From Bdellovibrionales bacterium (lineage in GTDB: Bacteria; Bdellovibrionota; Bdellovibrionia; Bdellovibrionales; UBA1609), in assembly GCA_041690295.1 (NCBI GenBank), contig JAWLHR010000023.1, positions 1 through 45,525 of the forward strand: 45,525 bases of DNA, read 5' to 3'. A model generated the notes under the pieces. The model was not told the DNA's origin and ran no database searches. It saw nothing but the letters and a program-made list of their open reading frames with translations. Numbering within the stretch: position 1 is the first letter of the stretch; the number at the start of each line of letters is the position of its first letter. Shown piece by piece: positions 45,415-45,525 of the stretch. The translations under genes were made by a program, and so were the position numbers.

Positions 45415-45525
45415 AAGACCCTTCCCAACTGTGCCTATGGAATGGACCCGCCCCGGTGCAACAAAAAGTTTCCTGGCCAAGTGAGTCGCGCAATCGATCG
45501 TATATTCGGCTCTCATGGTTTTTGC

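Noticed and set aside
45034..45516. 160-aa minus-strand ORF at the window end
   Set aside because: Mostly antisense to maiA. Cannot be judged without downstream sequence.

Overview
Bacterial chromosomal window. Gene content and protein style suggest Bdellovibrionales/Oligoflexia (inference, no search run). In order: (1) 1-800, the right end of a tRNA-integrated island, with a SIR2-like gene fragment that appears IS-interrupted, TGTCCCCA arm-type repeats, a displaced tRNA 3' end and a terminator. (2) 1.1-3.8 kb, VOC, DUF2007-like and two secreted proteins, one a divergent SLT-like transglycosylase. (3) 3.86-15.7 kb, a self-contained signalling and stress locus: CHASE hybrid kinase, Hpt, NtrC-family sigma54 activator, two single-domain response regulators, HPF-like proteins, Fe-SOD, SDR, ElaB/DUF883-like, DUF1328, PA2169-like ferritin and an OmpA lipoprotein. 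It has seven GG-N10-GC sigma54 promoters and a recurring GGGG-N7-CCCC palindrome at phased distances, which is the best candidate for an undescribed system. (4) Cyclophilin, a frameshifted membrane protein, an orphan RND pump, an MlaC-like protein, rpsU-yqeY-dnaG-rpoD, tadA, and tRNA-Ser(GGA) followed by a tRNA-mimicking palindromic element. (5) Accessory genes, including UDG, AraC, a heme-barrel/YceI/cytochrome c cluster, a 3D-domain lipoprotein and two paralogous Pro-rich secreted proteins. (6) livKHMGF, purN, a lipoprotein, an FAA hydrolase and maiA. All calls come from motif recognition by eye.
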